Origin: an uncultured delta proteobacterium
GTDB taxonomy: Bacteria > Desulfobacterota > Binatia > UBA9968
Assembly (NCBI GenBank): GCA_963804165.1
Contig: CAWDPO010000030.1
Location: forward strand, 32,001 to 96,000
Length of the DNA stretch: 64,000 nt
Reading direction: 5' to 3'
This document shows positions 9,898-19,985 of this stretch, in pieces. The translations under genes were made by a program, and so were the position numbers. A model generated the notes under the pieces. That model was not told the DNA's origin, made no database searches, and worked only from the letters and a program-made list of their open reading frames with translations. The stretch's first letter is position 1. Every line of letters begins with the position of its first letter.

Positions 9898-11331
9898 ATG
9901 CCCAAAGATTTTCGCAGCTATTTAGATGAATTACTGGAAAAGCGTCCCAAGGACGTCGTGGTCGTCGATAAAGAAGTCGACCCGCAGTACGAAGCCAGTG
10001 GCATCGTCGAGAAGTTCGAACGAAAAAATGAATTTCCATTGGTTTTTTTCAAAAACATCAAGGGCTCGAAGATTCCCCTGGTGATGAATCTCGGTGCCAC
10101 CTACGAACGGCTGGCATTGTCATTGGGCTCGCCCTCGGTACCGCAGATGGTCAAAGATCTGGCGCACCGCGAGCACAACCCGGTTCCCGTCAAAGAGATT
10201 TCAGCCAAAGAAGCGCCTTGCAAAGAAGTGATCTTGAAAGGCGACGCCGCGGATCTCGATCTTTTACCCGTCTTGACCCTCAATGAAGGCGACGCCGGTG
10301 CCTATGTCAACGCGGCGGCGATGATTTGCAAAGAGCGCGGCACCGGCGCGGTGAACGTCGGCATCTACCGGCACCAGAAACAAGGCAAAAGACAGCTCGG
10401 CCTGATGGTCAATCCGGCCAATCACGCCAATTATGTGCGCGCCGAATACGAAGATCACAACGAACCGATGGAAGTCGCTCTCGCCATCGGCCATCATCCG
10501 GCGTTGAATATGGCCGCCGTCAGCAAGCAAGCCGGCGTCGGCTCGGAGTTGGAGATCGCCGGCGCATTTTTAGGCGAGCCGTTGGAAGTCGTGAAAGCTG
10601 AGACGGTGAATCTGATGGTGCCGGCCCGCGCCGAGATCATCATCGAAGGTATCGTGCCGCCGAAAAAGCGCCACTACGAAGGGCCTTTCGGCGAGTGGCC
10701 GCATTACTACTATAAGGAAGGCGAGCAGCCCTACATCGAAGTCACGGCGATCACCATGCGGAAAAATCCGATCTATCAATGCATCCACAGCGCCCACTTC
10801 GAGCACAACATCATCGGCGCCGCGCCGCGCTTGGGCAGCCTGCTCAAGCGCATCCAAGAGGTTGTGCCGAGCACGACCGGTGTCAATATGCCAATCTCCG
10901 GCGCCGCCCGTTCGCATTGTTACATCTCGGTCAAGAAAAGAGCCGAAGGCGAACCGAAACAGGCCGCGCTCGGAGCTCTGGTCACCGATCCAAACATCAA
11001 ACATGTGATCGTCGTCGACGATGACGTCGATGTGTTCAATGAAACCCAGGTGCTTTGGGCGCTGGCAATGCGCTTCCAGGCCGATCGTGATCTTGTAATT
11101 ATTCCCAATATCATCGGCTCCCATTTAAATCCCACAGCCTACGGCTTCAATCGTATGGAGAAGGGACCCATGGAGACCAAGTTGATCTTCGACGCGACCA
11201 AGCCGCTGCCGCCGTACCACTTTCCCAAGGAAGCCCAAGCGCCCGACGAGGTGCTGAACAAGATCGATCTTGCGCGCGATACGCGGCCGTACGAACCAGG
11301 AAAAGACGACAAGGACATAACGGGAGCGTGA
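9898..11331 (+). CDS. UbiD-family decarboxylase (second, divergent paralog)
   Basis: GGAGG RBS; NVGIYR, EGPFGEW, VVDDDVDVFN..VLWALAMR. Confidence 0.93.
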   Translation: MPKDFRSYLDELLEKRPKDVVVVDKEVDPQYEASGIVEKFERKNEFPLVFFKNIKGSKIPLVMNLGATYERLALSLGSPSVPQMVKDLAHREHNPVPVKEISAKEAPCKEVILKGDAADLDLLPVLTLNEGDAGAYVNAAAMICKERGTGAVNVGIYRHQKQGKRQLGLMVNPANHANYVRAEYEDHNEPMEVALAIGHHPALNMAAVSKQAGVGSELEIAGAFLGEPLEVVKAETVNLMVPARAEIIIEGIVPPKKRHYEGPFGEWPHYYYKEGEQPYIEVTAITMRKNPIYQCIHSAHFEHNIIGAAPRLGSLLKRIQEVVPSTTGVNMPISGAARSHCYISVKKRAEGEPKQAALGALVTDPNIKHVIVVDDDVDVFNETQVLWALAMRFQADRDLVIIPNIIGSHLNPTAYGFNRMEKGPMETKLIFDATKPLPPYHFPKEAQAPDEVLNKIDLARDTRPYEPGKDDKDITGA

Positions 11332-11335
11332 AAAC

Positions 11336-12229
11336 ATGGTTCAAAACGTTCAAGCAGTTCAAGACGTTCAAATCGTCGGAGAACTGCCCGGAGGTCTACA
11401 CGCCTTGAACGAATTGAACGTCTTGAACGATTTGAACAAAGCAAAGCCTCTGGTTGAGATCCAGGGGGTCTCGAAAAGTTTTCATAAAACCGTCAAAGAT
11501 ATCACGACCGAGGTTAAGGCGTTGGCGGATGTGAGTCTTTCCATCCGAGAGAAAGAGTTTGTCAGCATCATTGGCCCCAGCGGTTGCGGCAAAACCACGC
11601 TGCTAAAAATGATCGACGGCCTGATCCCGTACGACAGCGGCAAGATCGTGATCGATGGCAAGCAGGTCACCGCGCCGGGTCCTGACCGCGCCGTGGTATT
11701 TCAAGCTTTTGCTTTGTTGCCGTGGCGTACGGTCCTCGCCAACGTGCAGTTCAGCCTCGAACTGCGTAGACTGCCCAAAGAAGATCGAACAAACATTGCG
11801 CGCGACTATCTGAAACGCGTCGGCTTGGCCGATTTCGAAAATCACTACCCTCACGAGCTTTCGGGCGGCATGCAGCAACGCGCCGGTCTGGCCCGCGCGC
11901 TGGCGGTCAATCCGTCGATTCTGCTCATGGACGAACCGTTCGGCGCCGTCGACGCGCAAACCCGACAACTCTTGCAGGAAGAGCTTTTGGAGCTGTGGCA
12001 GCGCGAGCGCAAGACGGTGATTTTCATCACCCACAGCATGGACGAAGCGGTGTATCTTTCTGATCGCGTCGTCGTCATGACGCCGCGGCCGGGCAAGGTG
12101 GCCGAAATTCTCGACGTGCCGCTGCCGCGCCCGCGTGTCTCTGAAGAAGTGCGCCGCGACGGCAAATTTGTCGAATTGACCAACTACATTTGGGAAAGTC
12201 TGAAAAAAGCGATGGAGAACCATCATTGA
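11336..12229 (+). CDS. NitT/TauT-type ABC transporter ATP-binding protein with repeat-derived N-terminus
   Basis: GPSGCGKT, LSGGMQQR, LLMDEPF. Confidence 0.93.
   Translation: MVQNVQAVQDVQIVGELPGGLHALNELNVLNDLNKAKPLVEIQGVSKSFHKTVKDITTEVKALADVSLSIREKEFVSIIGPSGCGKTTLLKMIDGLIPYDSGKIVIDGKQVTAPGPDRAVVFQAFALLPWRTVLANVQFSLELRRLPKEDRTNIARDYLKRVGLADFENHYPHELSGGMQQRAGLARALAVNPSILLMDEPFGAVDAQTRQLLQEELLELWQRERKTVIFITHSMDEAVYLSDRVVVMTPRPGKVAEILDVPLPRPRVSEEVRRDGKFVELTNYIWESLKKAMENHH
11339..11437. repeat. GTTCAA x4 / TTGAAC x4 hairpin at 9-nt period, in-frame in the CDS
   Basis: Units at 11339/48/57/66 and 11405/14/23/32. Confidence 0.9.
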
Positions 12230-12981
12230 ATAGCCGATTTGGCACCCATATTCTCTCCATTCTTTCGCTCGCAATCTTATGGGAGGTTGTCGGACGGGCG
12301 ATGGATTCCACGCTCATCCCGCCACTATCACAAATCGGCGCGGCTTGGTGGAAACTCTTTAGCAGCGGCAAACTACTCTCTAACCTGGGCGTGAGTCTTA
12401 CGACGTTGGCCATCGGTTTTTGCCTCGCGGCGGTGATTGGCGTTGTCCTAGGACTCCTCATGGGGCGATTTCGTGCCGTCGAGCATTTTTTAGATCTTTA
12501 TGTCAACGCGCTAATGTCGGCACCGACGACCGCCTTTGTTCCGGTGCTCATCCTATGGTTCGGACTCGGCATCGAATCGCGCATCGCCGTGGTTTTTCTT
12601 TTCGCGGTATTCGTCATCATCATCAACACAATGACCGGCGTTAAACAGGTCGACAACGTTCTTGTCGAGATGGCACGCTCCTTCGGCGCTCGAGAGAAAG
12701 AAATCTTTTTCATGATCATGCTCCCCGCCGCCCTTCCGGCGATTATGGCCGGTCTTCGGCTCGGCATCGGCCGCGCCGTAAAGGGCATGGTGACAGCGGA
12801 GATGCTGCTCACGCTCACCGGCATCGGCGCCATGATCATGCAATACGGCTCGTCGTTCGCCACTGATTCGCTCTTTGCCGTGATCTTAACGATCTTGATA
12901 ATCGCGATGATCACGATGAAGCTGGTGCAATGGGTCGACCAGCGGCTTACCGGATGGAAAGTGGAAATCGCCGTCGAGTAG
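12226..12981 (+). CDS. NitT/TauT-type ABC permease
   Basis: Multi-TM; EMARSFGA..LPAALP loop; start overlaps ATPase stop. Confidence 0.92.
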   Translation: MNSRFGTHILSILSLAILWEVVGRAMDSTLIPPLSQIGAAWWKLFSSGKLLSNLGVSLTTLAIGFCLAAVIGVVLGLLMGRFRAVEHFLDLYVNALMSAPTTAFVPVLILWFGLGIESRIAVVFLFAVFVIIINTMTGVKQVDNVLVEMARSFGAREKEIFFMIMLPAALPAIMAGLRLGIGRAVKGMVTAEMLLTLTGIGAMIMQYGSSFATDSLFAVILTILIIAMITMKLVQWVDQRLTGWKVEIAVE

Positions 12982-12987
12982 TAAAAA

Positions 12988-13128
12988 CGAAATTCGAAAT
13001 ACGAAACTAGAAACAAATTCAAATGATCCGAAAAGAACAAAATTCTAAACGGAACCGTTTCGGATTTTGATATTTGGATTTGAGTTTCTCCGTTTGTTTC
13101 GGATTTCGAGCTTCGAATTCGGATATTT
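12988..13128. repeat. CGAAA/TTTCG 7-nt-unit hairpin repeat
   Basis: CGAAATTCGAAATACGAAAC ... GTTTCGGATTTCGAGCTTCGAATTCG. Confidence 0.75.
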
Positions 13129-13217
13129 AATGACGGTGAAACAACTTTTTACCGCGGTCAAATCCGAGGCCGGCAACGGAATAATTTAGAACAACAATTT
13201 AACGCAGGAGAACGCTC

Positions 13218-14201
13218 ATGACTAATTCACTCGCGAAATTATCGATGCTGCTCTTCATCATTACCGTTGGTTTCACCTGGGGTGCAGAGGCGCAAGCACA
13301 AAAGAAAGTGCGATTCGCTTACCCTTCATCGGCGGACATGGGCGATATCCCTTCGCTGCTCGCATGGGAGCAGCTCAAGAAACAGGGGATCGAAGTCGTA
13401 CCGACGTTTTTCCCCAAGACCGACTTGGCCGTTCAGGCCGTCGTTGCCGGCGAAGCCGATATCGGTTCCGCCGCCGGCATCGCCGTCGTGAAGGCGGTCG
13501 AGAGCGGCATGAATATTCGCGTCATCGGAGAGCAAGTGCGCAACGAATGGCAGCTCGTCACTCCCGTGTCTATCAAAGATGTCAAACAACTGGACGGCAA
13601 ACGGGTCGGCTACCATGCGCCGATCACGGTTACCGAAGCGCTGGTCAAATGGATGGCGCAACATTACAAGATCACCCCCAACTGGATGATCATCCCCGGT
13701 TCGGACGTGCGCGCCGAAGCTCTGATGCGCGGCCAATTGGACGCCACGCCGGCGGAGATCGGCGATGTGTTGAATATTTTGAGCGCCAAGCCCGGGCAGT
13801 TTCACGTGTTGATCTCTTACGCCAAGACTTTTCCCCAGCTTATCGGTTCTATGTATTTCGCCCGCGCCGATTACCTGCAAAAGAACGCCGCAACGGTTGA
13901 AACCGTGCTCGAGGCGATTCTCCGAGCGCATCGCAGTGCTGAAGAGCGCCCCGCATCGGTCAAAGAAAATGCTTTAAGACTGCTGCCTGAAACAAAGCCG
14001 GAGCTCGTCGAGGCGATCGCGGCAGCCTACAAAGAGCTGCGCATCTGGGACATCAACGGCGGCGCCGGCAAAGAGCGCGGCGATGCGAGCATTAAATTCT
14101 TCGAAGAAGCGGGACTACTCAAGAAAGACGTCGTCAGCTTCAAACAGGCCTTCGACACCGGCCCTCTGGACAAAGTGCTCAAAAAGATCGGACGCAAATA
14201 G
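13218..14201 (+). CDS. NMT1/TauA-type ABC substrate-binding protein
   Basis: Signal peptide AQA; AVVAGEADIG, LDGKRVG. Confidence 0.9.
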   Translation: MTNSLAKLSMLLFIITVGFTWGAEAQAQKKVRFAYPSSADMGDIPSLLAWEQLKKQGIEVVPTFFPKTDLAVQAVVAGEADIGSAAGIAVVKAVESGMNIRVIGEQVRNEWQLVTPVSIKDVKQLDGKRVGYHAPITVTEALVKWMAQHYKITPNWMIIPGSDVRAEALMRGQLDATPAEIGDVLNILSAKPGQFHVLISYAKTFPQLIGSMYFARADYLQKNAATVETVLEAILRAHRSAEERPASVKENALRLLPETKPELVEAIAAAYKELRIWDINGGAGKERGDASIKFFEEAGLLKKDVVSFKQAFDTGPLDKVLKKIGRK

Positions 14202-14205
14202 AGTA

Positions 14206-14949
14206 ATGAAGGCGAGCACGCTTAGAATCATCTCGCTCCTCACGCTCGCCGCGATCTGGGAGATCGCCGGGCGCAGCGGCAACGCTCATCTGCTCCCGCC
14301 CCTTTCTAAAGTCATCACCGTCTGGGTGGAGCTGCTTATCTCCGGGCAGCTGTTCCAGGCGATATCTATCAGCTTTCAAGCTCTGTTTATCGGCTTTTTC
14401 ATCTCGGTCCTGTCCGGTGTGCCGCTGGGGTTGTTGATGGGCCGCTACCGCCGGCTCGAATCATTTCTGGAAATTTACATGACCGCATTGCTCGCGGTGC
14501 CGATGATTTCGTTCATTCCGTTTTTAGTGATCGCTTTCGGGTTAGGCCTGCACTCGCGCGTCTGGATCGTTTTTCTGTTCGCGTTCGTGATTATCGCGAT
14601 CAACACCACCGCCGGCGTGCGCAACGTCGATCCGACCTTGACCGAGATGGCCCGCTCCTTCGGCGCGCGCGAGAGCGAATTGTTTTTGAAAGTGATCCTG
14701 CCCGCCGCCATGCCGATGATCATGGCGGGCATTCGCCTCGGCATGGGGCGCGCCGTGCTCGGCATGGTCACGGGCGAAATGATTCTCGCCGTAGTCGGTT
14801 TCGGCGCCATGCTGATGACCTTTAGCGCGTCGTTCAATTCCAGCGCGCTGTTCGCGACCATTCTCACAATCGTGCTGCTCGCCGTTGCCTTGTTGTCGTT
14901 GATTCAGTATCTGGATCGGCGCCTGATGCCGTGGCGCACTGCGACTTAG
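14206..14949 (+). CDS. NitT/TauT-type ABC permease (second)
   Basis: EMARSFGA..LPAAMP; paralog of 12226-12981. Confidence 0.92.
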   Translation: MKASTLRIISLLTLAAIWEIAGRSGNAHLLPPLSKVITVWVELLISGQLFQAISISFQALFIGFFISVLSGVPLGLLMGRYRRLESFLEIYMTALLAVPMISFIPFLVIAFGLGLHSRVWIVFLFAFVIIAINTTAGVRNVDPTLTEMARSFGARESELFLKVILPAAMPMIMAGIRLGMGRAVLGMVTGEMILAVVGFGAMLMTFSASFNSSALFATILTIVLLAVALLSLIQYLDRRLMPWRTAT

Positions 14950-15220
14950 TACGTTGGCTCAGAAATTCGCTATCCAGGAATTTGCGTAGTAGCGTATCGC
15001 ATACGCCCGTTCTGGATGCCGGTTTTCACCGGCATGACGGAAAAAACACCGGCAGTGCTTAGACAAACTTCCAGCTAGCATCCGGCCGCTGCCGCACCAA
15101 CGTGACAACCGCAAGTTATTCATACCGTTGATATCGGCGAAAGCTTGGGATATGGCCCGCCATAGGCCCGAGGATCACCTTCACACGTGCCACCGAAGTT
15201 CTGTCTCGAGGAGAACCATC

Positions 15221-16225
15221 ATGAGTAGCCTTTTCTTTCGAGTCTTCGTTTCTTTCTTGTGCACACTGCCAATGCTGACGATGACCCATTCATTCGTCAA
15301 TGCGCAAACGCTGGAAAAACTCCGTGTCGCCTACACGGTGATCGCGCCGACTCAAGCCACGATCTGGACCGCCAAAGAGATCGGCTTTTACGCCAAGCAT
15401 GGACTCGACGTAGACTTGGTGTTGCTCGTCGGGGCGCCGCTCGCGGTCACCGCCCTGGTCGCCGGAGAAACTCCCGTTGTCCACGCCGGCGCCTCCGCCG
15501 TGGTCACCAGCAACCTCCAAGGATCCGGGGCCGTGCTGGTTGCGGGCGGAGCCAATCGCTTTCCCTACGTGCTTTTCGTCACCGACGAGATCAAACGAGT
15601 AGAAGACCTAAGAGGCAAGAAATTCGGCGTGAGCCGCATCGGCAGCGCGGACAACGCCGCAGCAGTCACCGTCCTGAACAGATTCGGAATCAAAGAGACC
15701 GACGTGACCTACGTGCAAGCCGGCTCGATTCCTGCGCGCCTCGCGGCGATGCAGACCAACGCGCTGCAGGCGACGCTCCTGCAAGCGCCGGAAACTCTGA
15801 AAGCCAAAGAGATCGGCATGCGCGCCCTGCTGGATTTCACCAAGCTCGATGTCGAATGGCAGCAAAACGGCGTGGCCACCACGCGGGATTACATCAAGAA
15901 AAAGCCCGACACGGTGCGCCGTTTTATCAGGGCGTACGTCGAGGGCAGCCATTACAACCTGACGAATCCGAAGGGTGCACAAAAGATTTTACAAAAATAT
16001 CTCGCTATCAAAGACACCAAATCGGTCGAAGAATCCTATAACGAAATCGTCGCCAAACTGACGCTCAAAGTTCCCTACCCCACCGAGCCCGGTATCCAGC
16101 TCTACCTGGACCAGTTGAAGATCAAGAATCCCAAAGCCGCGCAGGCCAAACCGTCCGACTTCACCGATATCAGTTTCCTCAAAGAGCTGGAGTCGAGCGG
16201 GTTTGTCGAAAAATTATATAAATAA
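15221..16225 (+). CDS. NMT1/TauA-type ABC substrate-binding protein
   Basis: GAGGAG RBS; signal peptide; FYAKHGLDV, DLRGKKFGVSRIGS. Confidence 0.9.
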   Translation: MSSLFFRVFVSFLCTLPMLTMTHSFVNAQTLEKLRVAYTVIAPTQATIWTAKEIGFYAKHGLDVDLVLLVGAPLAVTALVAGETPVVHAGASAVVTSNLQGSGAVLVAGGANRFPYVLFVTDEIKRVEDLRGKKFGVSRIGSADNAAAVTVLNRFGIKETDVTYVQAGSIPARLAAMQTNALQATLLQAPETLKAKEIGMRALLDFTKLDVEWQQNGVATTRDYIKKKPDTVRRFIRAYVEGSHYNLTNPKGAQKILQKYLAIKDTKSVEESYNEIVAKLTLKVPYPTEPGIQLYLDQLKIKNPKAAQAKPSDFTDISFLKELESSGFVEKLYK

Positions 16226-16230
16226 AGACA

Positions 16231-16321
16231 GCTCCAATTGTTCCAAACGTTCCAGTAGTTCCAGGTCGTTTTACTAAGCGAGAACGATTGGAACATTTGG
16301 AACGTCTGGAACGATTGGAAC
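16231..16321. repeat. GTTCCA/TGGAAC hairpin at 9-nt period between convergent genes (possible bidirectional terminator/stabiliser)
   Basis: Units at 16240/49/58 and 16289/98/307/316. Confidence 0.85.
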
Positions 16322-16957
16322 CTAATTTTTGTAGATCACTATACGCAGATCTTTCCCCCGGCCCCCCTCCGGACAAGCGCTGATGCCAACCAGGCAATCC
16401 ATTTCGCAGCGGAGATCCATCATGTCGCCACCCAGCCGCGGCCGGGTCATCGAATAGCGCATGCTGCCGGTTTTGGCATTGATCGCCATGGTTTGAAAAA
16501 CATTGAGCGGGCTCGGCACGTCTTCTTTTGGTACTCCGTAGGGCTTCAAAGCCTTGGCGAGATTTTCCCAGCAACCGTGCTTGGGCGCGACGACTTTTTT
16601 TCTTCCCAATCTTTTCCAAACGCCGCCGTATATCTTGAAAATCTCGTCGCCCCATTTCTTGTAAAAAGAAGTGCTGCACATGCCCTTCTCCATGTCATGG
16701 GTGCCGCGGTACGTATCCTTCACGATCGTCTGCATGACGTTGTTGTATTTGGAAATCAGCACATCGCCGGTGGTCACGTAAATCTTACCTTGATCGACTT
16801 TGGTGCGCGCCTGATCGAAGCGCTCTTTGACGTCGCGCAGATTGAAAACAACGTAATCGGCGGTGGATTCACCGATGACCCGAATGGTCTCGCCTTTCTT
16901 GACCTCAAACGTCTTGCCGCTGTTGCTCTTGATGATGGACTCGCTGATAATCTTCAC
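16322..16957 (-). CDS. DUF1989 / urea carboxylase-associated family protein
   Basis: ERFDQART, GTHD..GMCS, HGCWENL, PLNVF, GISACP. Confidence 0.85.
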   Translation of the reverse strand: MKIISESIIKSNSGKTFEVKKGETIRVIGESTADYVVFNLRDVKERFDQARTKVDQGKIYVTTGDVLISKYNNVMQTIVKDTYRGTHDMEKGMCSTSFYKKWGDEIFKIYGGVWKRLGRKKVVAPKHGCWENLAKALKPYGVPKEDVPSPLNVFQTMAINAKTGSMRYSMTRPRLGGDMMDLRCEMDCLVGISACPEGGRGKDLRIVIYKN

Positions 16958-17073
16958 TGTGCCTCCATAGATAAAGTCGTAATCGTGGCTGATAAATTAG
17001 CCGATGAATCCGTGCAATATCAAGGTGGCAGCGCGCATTCTATCTGCCGATCTGGGCGCGGAATGGAATCCGA

Positions 17074-18351
17074 TTACCAACGGAAAAGATTCACCACTCC
17101 CAGGCTGATCCAGGGCACATAGGTCACCAGCAGGGTGACCAGGGCGAGCACGAGGGTGAAAGGCCATCCTTGCTTAAAGACGTCCCAGAACGAGACGCGC
17201 GCAATCGCGGCGGTGGTGAACAAGACCGTCGCCACCGGCGGAGTTTGCTGTCCCACGCCGAGGTTGATCGTCACGATGATACCGAAATGAATCGGGTCTA
17301 CACCGATCTGCCGGATCAGCGGCATCACGATCGGAACGATCAGGATGATGGCGGCGGCCGAATGGAGAAACATTCCTGCGACAAAGAAAAAAAGATTCAG
17401 GAATAAAAGAATCAGATACTTGTTGGAAGTCGTTTCCAAGATCATCCGGGCAAACTTTTGCGGAATCTGCTCGCTGGTAAGGTACCAGCCTAAGACTGCC
17501 GAGGAAGCGACGATGAGCATGACCACCGAGGTCTGCGATACCGAGTCCCGCAGGATGCGAGGAAGCTCGCGAACCGGCAGTTCTCGGTAAATAAGAACGC
17601 CGATCAGCAACGCGGTCAGCACCGCGAGGGCCGCCACTTCCGTCGCCGTGGCAATCCCAAGAAAGATCCCGCCCCAAATCACGATCGGAATCATCAACGC
17701 CCAAAAGGCGTGGACCGTCGATCGGCCGACTGCGCGCAGAGAGAATCCTTGCTCCACGGGCAGATTGTACTTGCGCGCATAGTAGTAGCAGAGCGCCATC
17801 ATGGCGCCGCAGGCGATGAAGCCAGGGAGAAATCCGGCAAAGAATAGCTTGGCCACCGACACCTCGGCCATCCAGGCATAAATGATCATCGGGATCGACG
17901 GCGGAATCAGAATCGCCGCCGAGGCCGCATTGGAGACGATGGCCGCGCTCAAGGTCCTCGAATAGCCGCGCTTCTCCATCGCCGGAATCACCACGTTGCC
18001 GATCGCGGCGGCATCGGCGACCGATGAACCTGAGATCTCGCTCTGAATCATCGTCGCCACCACTGTCACCATCGCCAGTCCGCCGCGAACGAACCCCACC
18101 AGGCTGTTGGCCATATTCACGAGTCGAAGGGAGATTCCCGAAGTGTCCATCAAACCGCCCGCCAGGATGAAAAGCGGAATGGCCAGAAGAGGAAAGCTCG
18201 AGGCGCCGGAAAAAAGGTTCAGCGGCACGACGCTAAGCGACACGGTGCCCTTAAAGAACAGGAAAATAATCGCGGCGATGGAAAGGCCAAATCCGATGGG
18301 GACGTTAATGAGCGTGAGTAGAATCACTACTGCGAGGATGAGCCACTCCAT
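17074..18351 (-). CDS. dctM: TRAP transporter large permease
   Basis: FPLLAIPLFILAG, ISGSSVADAAA, IPPSIP, DPIHFG, TPPV. Confidence 0.95.
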   Translation of the reverse strand: MEWLILAVVILLTLINVPIGFGLSIAAIIFLFFKGTVSLSVVPLNLFSGASSFPLLAIPLFILAGGLMDTSGISLRLVNMANSLVGFVRGGLAMVTVVATMIQSEISGSSVADAAAIGNVVIPAMEKRGYSRTLSAAIVSNAASAAILIPPSIPMIIYAWMAEVSVAKLFFAGFLPGFIACGAMMALCYYYARKYNLPVEQGFSLRAVGRSTVHAFWALMIPIVIWGGIFLGIATATEVAALAVLTALLIGVLIYRELPVRELPRILRDSVSQTSVVMLIVASSAVLGWYLTSEQIPQKFARMILETTSNKYLILLFLNLFFFVAGMFLHSAAAIILIVPIVMPLIRQIGVDPIHFGIIVTINLGVGQQTPPVATVLFTTAAIARVSFWDVFKQGWPFTLVLALVTLLVTYVPWISLGVVNLFRW

Positions 18352-18842
18352 GCCGAATCTCCTCCCTTGCCGCTTTCATTCCCCGTCGCGATGCTGACGA
18401 ACCGCATCAGGCTGATTACGAGCATCAGGCCGCCGGTGATCGGCAAGACGCTATAGATCCAGCGCATCTTCACCCAAACCAACGAGACGGTGGTTTCATC
18501 GCCCATTTTCTGCATGATCAGCCAGCCGTGATAGAAGAGCACCGCCTGAAAACCGAGGACGCAGGATTCGGCAATCAACTCGACGACTTTTCTCGCGCTC
18601 GGCATGAACTGGTCGACGACAATTTCGAAGCCGATATGACGGCGCCGGTAGCTGGCGACAACCGCGCCGTAGAAGGTCAGCCACACGAGCAGAAAAGAAG
18701 CGAATTCGTCGTACCACGAAAGTGACGCGTTTAGGACATAGCGGTAGAAGACGCCGAGGCTGACGAGCAGAACCATAAGCACGAGGAGGAGCACCGCCCA
18801 GGCTTCAATCCAATCGACGAGTCGGCGAAAATATTTATCCAC
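18327..18842 (-). CDS. dctQ: TRAP transporter small permease
   Basis: RYVLN..SWYDE, WLTFYGA..HI; 4 TM. Confidence 0.92.
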   Translation of the reverse strand: MDKYFRRLVDWIEAWAVLLLVLMVLLVSLGVFYRYVLNASLSWYDEFASFLLVWLTFYGAVVASYRRRHIGFEIVVDQFMPSARKVVELIAESCVLGFQAVLFYHGWLIMQKMGDETTVSLVWVKMRWIYSVLPITGGLMLVISLMRFVSIATGNESGKGGDSAWSGSSSQ

Positions 18843-18977
18843 GGTGGAGATGCAAAAGGGCTAAGTGAGTTGATCCTGAGGATGACCACGCCTTTCGGAC
18901 AGCGTCAATTCCACTCGTCAGCCGTACCGGTCAGGACTGGGCGCTCGGATAAAATTCTTGTCTCGATCGCCTCTTGC

Positions 18978-19964
18978 TCATCGCAGCGACTGGATCAGTT
19001 TGACTAAATCCGTCGCGCCCGAGACCTCTTTGCCGAACTCTTCATAGATGGCCGCGGATGCCTTGATGAAGGAGTCCTTATCGACCTCGTTGGCTTTCAT
19101 CGGCGGTGCGAGTTTGCCCATCAGATCTTTGTCCAGCCGTTCGCCTTCCGAGCGAGCGAAGTCTCCGATCTCCCCAGCGATCCGGGAGAGCGTGGTTTGG
19201 CTATCCTTGGGAATCTTGTTCCAGGTATCTTCGCTGACCACCAGGTACGCGGGAGTATAAACATGGCCGCTCAGCGAGAGAAATTTCTGCACTTCGTGAA
19301 ACTTGGCGGACCAGATCTGCGGAAAGGGATTTTCCTGGCCGTCCATCACGGCCGATTGGAGCGCCGAGTAGACTTCGGCAAGCGGCATCGGCGACGGGTT
19401 GGCGCCGTAAGTCTTAAACATTTTGACCCGCCACACTCCGCCCGGCACGCGCAGCTTGATGCCTTTTAGATCGTCGGGCTTGACGATCGGCCGGACATTG
19501 TTGGTGATATGGCGAAACCCGTTTTCCCAAACCCCGAGGACTCTCAGTCCTTTCGCCGGCAGCCCGTCGAAAAGCTGCTTCTGGACCTCTTTGTTTTCGG
19601 CCACCTTCTTCATATGGGCGCGATTGACGATGATGTAGGGCATCTCGAAAACGCCGTACTTTTGTTCCACCGTGCTCATTACGGTGGACGGCACGAACAT
19701 CTCCGGCGCGCCGACTTTGATACCCCGGCTCATCTGTTCGTCGCTGCCGAGCTGGCTGGAGTGAAAGACCTTGACCTCCACCTTGCCTTGCAAGCTTGCG
19801 TTTACCCGCTTGGCGTACTCGTCCGCCGTGATGGCAAAGAGTGATCCCGGGAAGCCCACGTGGCCGAGCCGGATCGAGACCGGCTGCTGCGCTTGTAGCG
19901 GCGCCTGCCAGAGCGCTAGGCTTAATGAGACGATTCCAGTCAGGACACCGATTTTTCGCTTCAT
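18978..19964 (-). CDS. dctP: TRAP substrate-binding protein
   Basis: SQLGSD, ENGFRH, DLKGIKLRVP, EVYSALQ..DGQENP (carboxylate-binding Arg retained). Confidence 0.95.
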   Translation of the reverse strand: MKRKIGVLTGIVSLSLALWQAPLQAQQPVSIRLGHVGFPGSLFAITADEYAKRVNASLQGKVEVKVFHSSQLGSDEQMSRGIKVGAPEMFVPSTVMSTVEQKYGVFEMPYIIVNRAHMKKVAENKEVQKQLFDGLPAKGLRVLGVWENGFRHITNNVRPIVKPDDLKGIKLRVPGGVWRVKMFKTYGANPSPMPLAEVYSALQSAVMDGQENPFPQIWSAKFHEVQKFLSLSGHVYTPAYLVVSEDTWNKIPKDSQTTLSRIAGEIGDFARSEGERLDKDLMGKLAPPMKANEVDKDSFIKASAAIYEEFGKEVSGATDLVKLIQSLR

Positions 19965-19985
19965 GGGTTACTCCTCTCCGGATTA

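Noticed and set aside
11339-11437. CRISPR-like array in the periodic repeats
   Set aside because: Units are 6-9 nt and inverted, with no 25-45-nt repeats, unique spacers or cas genes
15040-15220. Purine-riboswitch-like GGGATATGGCCC in a binding-protein leader
   Set aside because: The remaining conserved junction and loop nucleotides were not found; an Rfam cmscan would decide
16958-17073. Guanidine riboswitch upstream of DUF1989
   Set aside because: No recognisable ykkC or mini-ykkC motifs, and no urea carboxylase in the window
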